A stretch of 64,000 nucleotides of DNA, from the NCBI GenBank assembly GCA_963707635.1, contig OY970173.1:512001-576000 (forward strand). The letters run 5' to 3'. This document shows positions 60,776-64,000 of the stretch, piece by piece (positions within the stretch are counted from its first letter, which is position 1; each line of letters starts with the position of its first letter). The position numbers were made by a program, and so were the translations under genes. The DNA comes from Candidatus Latescibacterota bacterium. GTDB taxonomy: Bacteria > Krumholzibacteriota > Krumholzibacteriia > WVZY01 > JAKEHA01. The notes beneath the pieces are model-generated. The model searched no databases, had not been told where the DNA came from, and was given only the letters and a program-made list of their open reading frames with translations.

Positions 60776-61729
60776 CTATTCCCGCGGCTCGACCAGGTGG
60801 AACCTGCGCATGTCCATCTCCACGATCCCGTCGTCGGCGAGCGAGAGGATGCTCGCAAACCGGGCCCCGACGTCGATCTCCTCGTGGGTGTACGACGTGC
60901 GCGCGTGCACGCTCTGCGAGAACGTTTCGTCCATGGCGGTGACCAGGACCATGATCTCGGCGCTGTCCCGCGCCAGGTCCTCCCGCGTCAGTGCATGGAG
61001 GGGGCTGCGGTCGGTGATCGGATGCACCACCGTCAGGTGAAGCGGGATGAACGCCACGCGCTCGCGTTCCAGGCCCAGCGTGTAGTAGCGCCGCACCCGC
61101 CCGCCCGGACCCGATTCCAGCCGGCTGAACAGCACACGCACCCGAAGTTCGATGAGCTGATTCTTGCGTGCGTTGGCGAAGCGGAACATGAGCGCAGTGC
61201 CGTCCTGGCGCGGCGCGATGACGGCGGTGCGGCTGAAGACGAGCTTGGCCATCGGGCGCGAAAAGCGCGCGAACACCAGACCGGCGGCGATCGCATACAT
61301 GATGAACCCGACCCACAATTCCGCCACGGCGATGGCGTTGGCGACAAAGGTGAGCGGGCTCACCCGGCCGAAGCCGACGGTCGACAGCGTCTGCGCGCTC
61401 AGAAAGAAGGACTCGACGAGCCGGGTCGAGAACGAGTCCCCCTCGGCGCCGGCGAGAGCGCCTGGCCCGCACAGCGCGTACGCGAACGCAAAAACGATGT
61501 TGGTCGCCACGTAGAAAATACCGATGACGAGAAAGAACCGCGTCCATGAAATCGTCAGCAGCTCGTGGTACGGGCTCCAGCTGCGGGAGGGACGCAGGCC
61601 GGTGCGGCGCGCGTTGAAAGTCCCGTCGCGATTGAGCAGGCGGCGCCCGCTCGCCGCGGACACCTTGGCGCCGAACCCCGGGTCCTCCGGGTCCTCCGCG
61701 AATCGCCGATGGAAGATGTCGGTGATCAC
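60776..61729 (-). CDS. inward-rectifier potassium channel (KirBac family)
   Basis: FFLSAQTLSTVGFG filter, GLVFARFSRP, LMFRFANAR, VHPITDRSPL and DETFSQSVHARTSY. Confidence 0.9.
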   Translation of the reverse strand: MITDIFHRRFAEDPEDPGFGAKVSAASGRRLLNRDGTFNARRTGLRPSRSWSPYHELLTISWTRFFLVIGIFYVATNIVFAFAYALCGPGALAGAEGDSFSTRLVESFFLSAQTLSTVGFGRVSPLTFVANAIAVAELWVGFIMYAIAAGLVFARFSRPMAKLVFSRTAVIAPRQDGTALMFRFANARKNQLIELRVRVLFSRLESGPGGRVRRYYTLGLERERVAFIPLHLTVVHPITDRSPLHALTREDLARDSAEIMVLVTAMDETFSQSVHARTSYTHEEIDVGARFASILSLADDGIVEMDMRRFHLVEPRE

Positions 61730-63951
61730 GGCGTGAGGCCCTGCACGGTGGCGGCCGAATTCCCCTTCAGGTTGCGGTCGAAGAACTCGGTCATCTTCCG
61801 GTAGAGGTGGATCCGGTCCGCGGGGGCGGCGATGCCGTGGTCCCGCTGCGGATAGAACATCAGGTCGAAGTCCTTGCCGGCGTCGATCAGCTTGCGCGTG
61901 AGCGCGACGGTGTTCTGCATGTGCACGTTGTCGTCCGCGTCGCCCTGCATGACGAGCAGGTTCCCCTTGAGCTTGCCGGCGTGCGTGAGCGGGGCCGACT
62001 CGTCGTAACCGGAGGCGTTGTCCGCCGGGAGTTTCATGTAACGCTCGGTGTAGATCGAGTCGTACAGGCGCCAGTCGGTGACGGGCGCCACCGCGACCCC
62101 GGCGCGGAACACGTCGGGCGCGTTGAACATCGACATGAGAGTCATGTAGCCCCCGTAACTCCACCCCCACACGCCGATGCGTTCGGGGTCGACGTAGGGG
62201 AGCGACTTCATGTACTCCACGCCTGCCACTTGATCCTGGAGCTCGATGTCGCCCATGCGCTTCAGCAGCGGCTCCTCCCAGGCCTTGCCGCGCCCGAAGG
62301 ACCCGCGGTTATCGATGCTGAAGACCAGATATCCGCGCGAGGCCATGCACGCGTGCCAGAGGTCCTGGCGCGACCACGCCTTCTGAACGACCTGGGAATG
62401 GGGTCCGCCGTAGACGAATACCAGCACCGGATATTTCTTCGACGGGTCCATGTCCAGCGGCTTCCAGAGGCGGCACTGATACACGCGCTGCTCGTGCTCG
62501 ATGGTAAAGAACTCGGGCACCGGGTACTTCATCGCCTTGAGCGCCGGGGTCAGCTGGTCGCCCACGTCGAAGAGCTTCTTGCCGTTGGCCGCGTGCACGG
62601 AGACGCGTGTCGGTCGAACGTGCGAGCTGAACGCGTCGACGAAGTACTTGAAGTCGGGAGACATCGACGTGCGGTGCGTGCCCTCTTCCGACGTGAGACG
62701 CTTCATGTCCTTGCCGTTTTCCGAGATCTGGTAGAGGTGCTGCTCGAGCACGCTGCCCTCATTGGCCGTGAAGAAGATGCGGCCCTTCTTCTCGTCCACG
62801 CCGTCGAGCTCGATCACTTCCCAGTCGCCGCGCGTGACCTGCCGGATCAAACTCCCATCGAGATTGAAGAGGTACAGGTGATTGTGGCCGTCGCGTTCGG
62901 ATCCCCAGAGGAACTGACGCTTCTTCTGGTAGTAGTGCTTGTCGTCGTTCACGTTTACCCAGGTAGGCGACCCCTCTTCCATGCCTACGTCGGCGCTGCC
63001 GGTGGCGGGGTCGGCGAAAAAGAGCGTCAGGTGGTCCTGCGCCCGGTTGATCTTCTCGATCGCGACCGCGTGCGAATCGCCGGTCCAGTACACGCGCGCG
63101 ATATAGCTATCGTCGCGCGTGTCGACATCGGTCCATACCACGTCTCCGCCGCGAACCGGGACGACGCCGACGCGCACGACGGGGTTCGGGTCGCCGGGCC
63201 GCGGGTAGTGCTGGAGGGTGTAGGAGGCCCGCGTCGGAATCTGGTCGACGATCGGATACACGGGCACCGGGCTCTCGTTGATCTCGAGGAACACGATCTG
63301 CGTCCCGTCCGGAGACCACCAGTGCGCGCGGACGTCGCCGCGGGTGAACAGCTCCTCCATGTAGACCCAGTCGAGGGTCCCGTTCAGCAGCGAATCGGAG
63401 CCGGTCGCGGTGTGCCGGAATTCGGTGTGGCCCGCGAGGTCCATGGTATAGAGGTCGTTGCCCCGCGTGTAGGCGAGCATGCCTCCGTCGGGCGAAAACG
63501 ACGGGTTCTTCTCCTCGCCGTCGGTGTCGGTGACGCGCTCGATGCGACCATTCGACCGCTGGATCAGGAACACGTCCCCGCCGAAGGTGAAGACGCCGCG
63601 TTCGCCGTCGCGGTCCCATTCCAGGCCGCCGAAGGAGAAGCGGGAGCCCTCGCCGGACTTGAGATCCGCCGGGACGGTGACGGTGTCCGGAATCGCGATC
63701 ACGTGTTCCTTCCCCGACGGGACTTCACGGAAGACCAGGACGGTCTTCATGCCGCCCTCGCCCAGGGTTCTCGTCACGCAGGACACCCCCCGGCTACCCA
63801 CCCACTTGATCGGCATCGGCAGGGGTTGCAGCAGGGGCGGCATGGAGAGAAGCCGGTCGAGTGTCAGTTCCTCGGCGAGCGCGACGGCGGGGACGGTGGA
63901 AACGGCCAGGGCGAAAAAGCCCCCGGCCAGCATGCGACAGACGTGTGCCAT
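61726..63951 (-). CDS. dipeptidyl peptidase IV (S9B family), exported
   Basis: DPPIV_N propeller (NGTLDWVYMEE, WWSPDG, YPRPG), VYGGP, GWSYGG, YDSIYTERYM, DDNVH and DHG. Confidence 0.94.
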   Translation of the reverse strand: MAHVCRMLAGGFFALAVSTVPAVALAEELTLDRLLSMPPLLQPLPMPIKWVGSRGVSCVTRTLGEGGMKTVLVFREVPSGKEHVIAIPDTVTVPADLKSGEGSRFSFGGLEWDRDGERGVFTFGGDVFLIQRSNGRIERVTDTDGEEKNPSFSPDGGMLAYTRGNDLYTMDLAGHTEFRHTATGSDSLLNGTLDWVYMEELFTRGDVRAHWWSPDGTQIVFLEINESPVPVYPIVDQIPTRASYTLQHYPRPGDPNPVVRVGVVPVRGGDVVWTDVDTRDDSYIARVYWTGDSHAVAIEKINRAQDHLTLFFADPATGSADVGMEEGSPTWVNVNDDKHYYQKKRQFLWGSERDGHNHLYLFNLDGSLIRQVTRGDWEVIELDGVDEKKGRIFFTANEGSVLEQHLYQISENGKDMKRLTSEEGTHRTSMSPDFKYFVDAFSSHVRPTRVSVHAANGKKLFDVGDQLTPALKAMKYPVPEFFTIEHEQRVYQCRLWKPLDMDPSKKYPVLVFVYGGPHSQVVQKAWSRQDLWHACMASRGYLVFSIDNRGSFGRGKAWEEPLLKRMGDIELQDQVAGVEYMKSLPYVDPERIGVWGWSYGGYMTLMSMFNAPDVFRAGVAVAPVTDWRLYDSIYTERYMKLPADNASGYDESAPLTHAGKLKGNLLVMQGDADDNVHMQNTVALTRKLIDAGKDFDLMFYPQRDHGIAAPADRIHLYRKMTEFFDRNLKGNSAATVQGLTP

Positions 63952-64000
63952 GTGAAGCCTCCTCGAAGCGAACCGGATGGAAAGACGTGACGCCCAGCTT

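Overview
A GC-rich bacterial chromosomal window with about 55 densely packed genes. I saw no rRNA, tRNA, CRISPR array, transposase or integrase. Lipoproteins, TolC and beta-barrel proteins indicate a diderm; the taxonomy cannot be determined from this window. Main blocks: mqnD/udk/cysteine desulfurase/cobO housekeeping genes; a pgaD-C-A-B-like PNAG exopolysaccharide operon and a membrane GAF protein, both behind sigma54-type promoters; an RsbV/RsbW-like pair and an unusual sigma/anti-sigma pair; a cytochrome c maturation operon with a Cys-type CcmE; a CusCBA-like heavy-metal RND pump; an anaerobic pyruvate-node cluster (a 2-oxoacid oxidoreductase whose gamma and delta subunits are fused to a GltD/NfnB-like flavoprotein, divergent from nifJ, a DHOD-like gene and malic enzyme) followed by a PAS-LuxR protein with NreB-like Cys spacing; an SsuABC-like transporter; argF with an APC permease and a beta-CASP nuclease; SppA; an M16 peptidase; a KirBac channel; and DPP-IV. 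The strongest novelty candidates are (i) a ~500-nt, heavily structured, apparently non-coding transcript with its own promoter and terminator at 58.2-58.7 kb, next to a kissing-hairpin element and a GNRA-rich leader, (ii) a second ~440-nt structured transcript behind 11-bp-period repeats at 3.0-3.4 kb, (iii) the PorC-GltD-PorD fusion, and (iv) the one-component NreB-like sensor with an adjacent operator and sRNA candidate. Three genes are interrupted as sequenced (two single-base frameshifts, one in-frame TAG), which may be consensus errors. All RNA structures were paired by eye, not computed.
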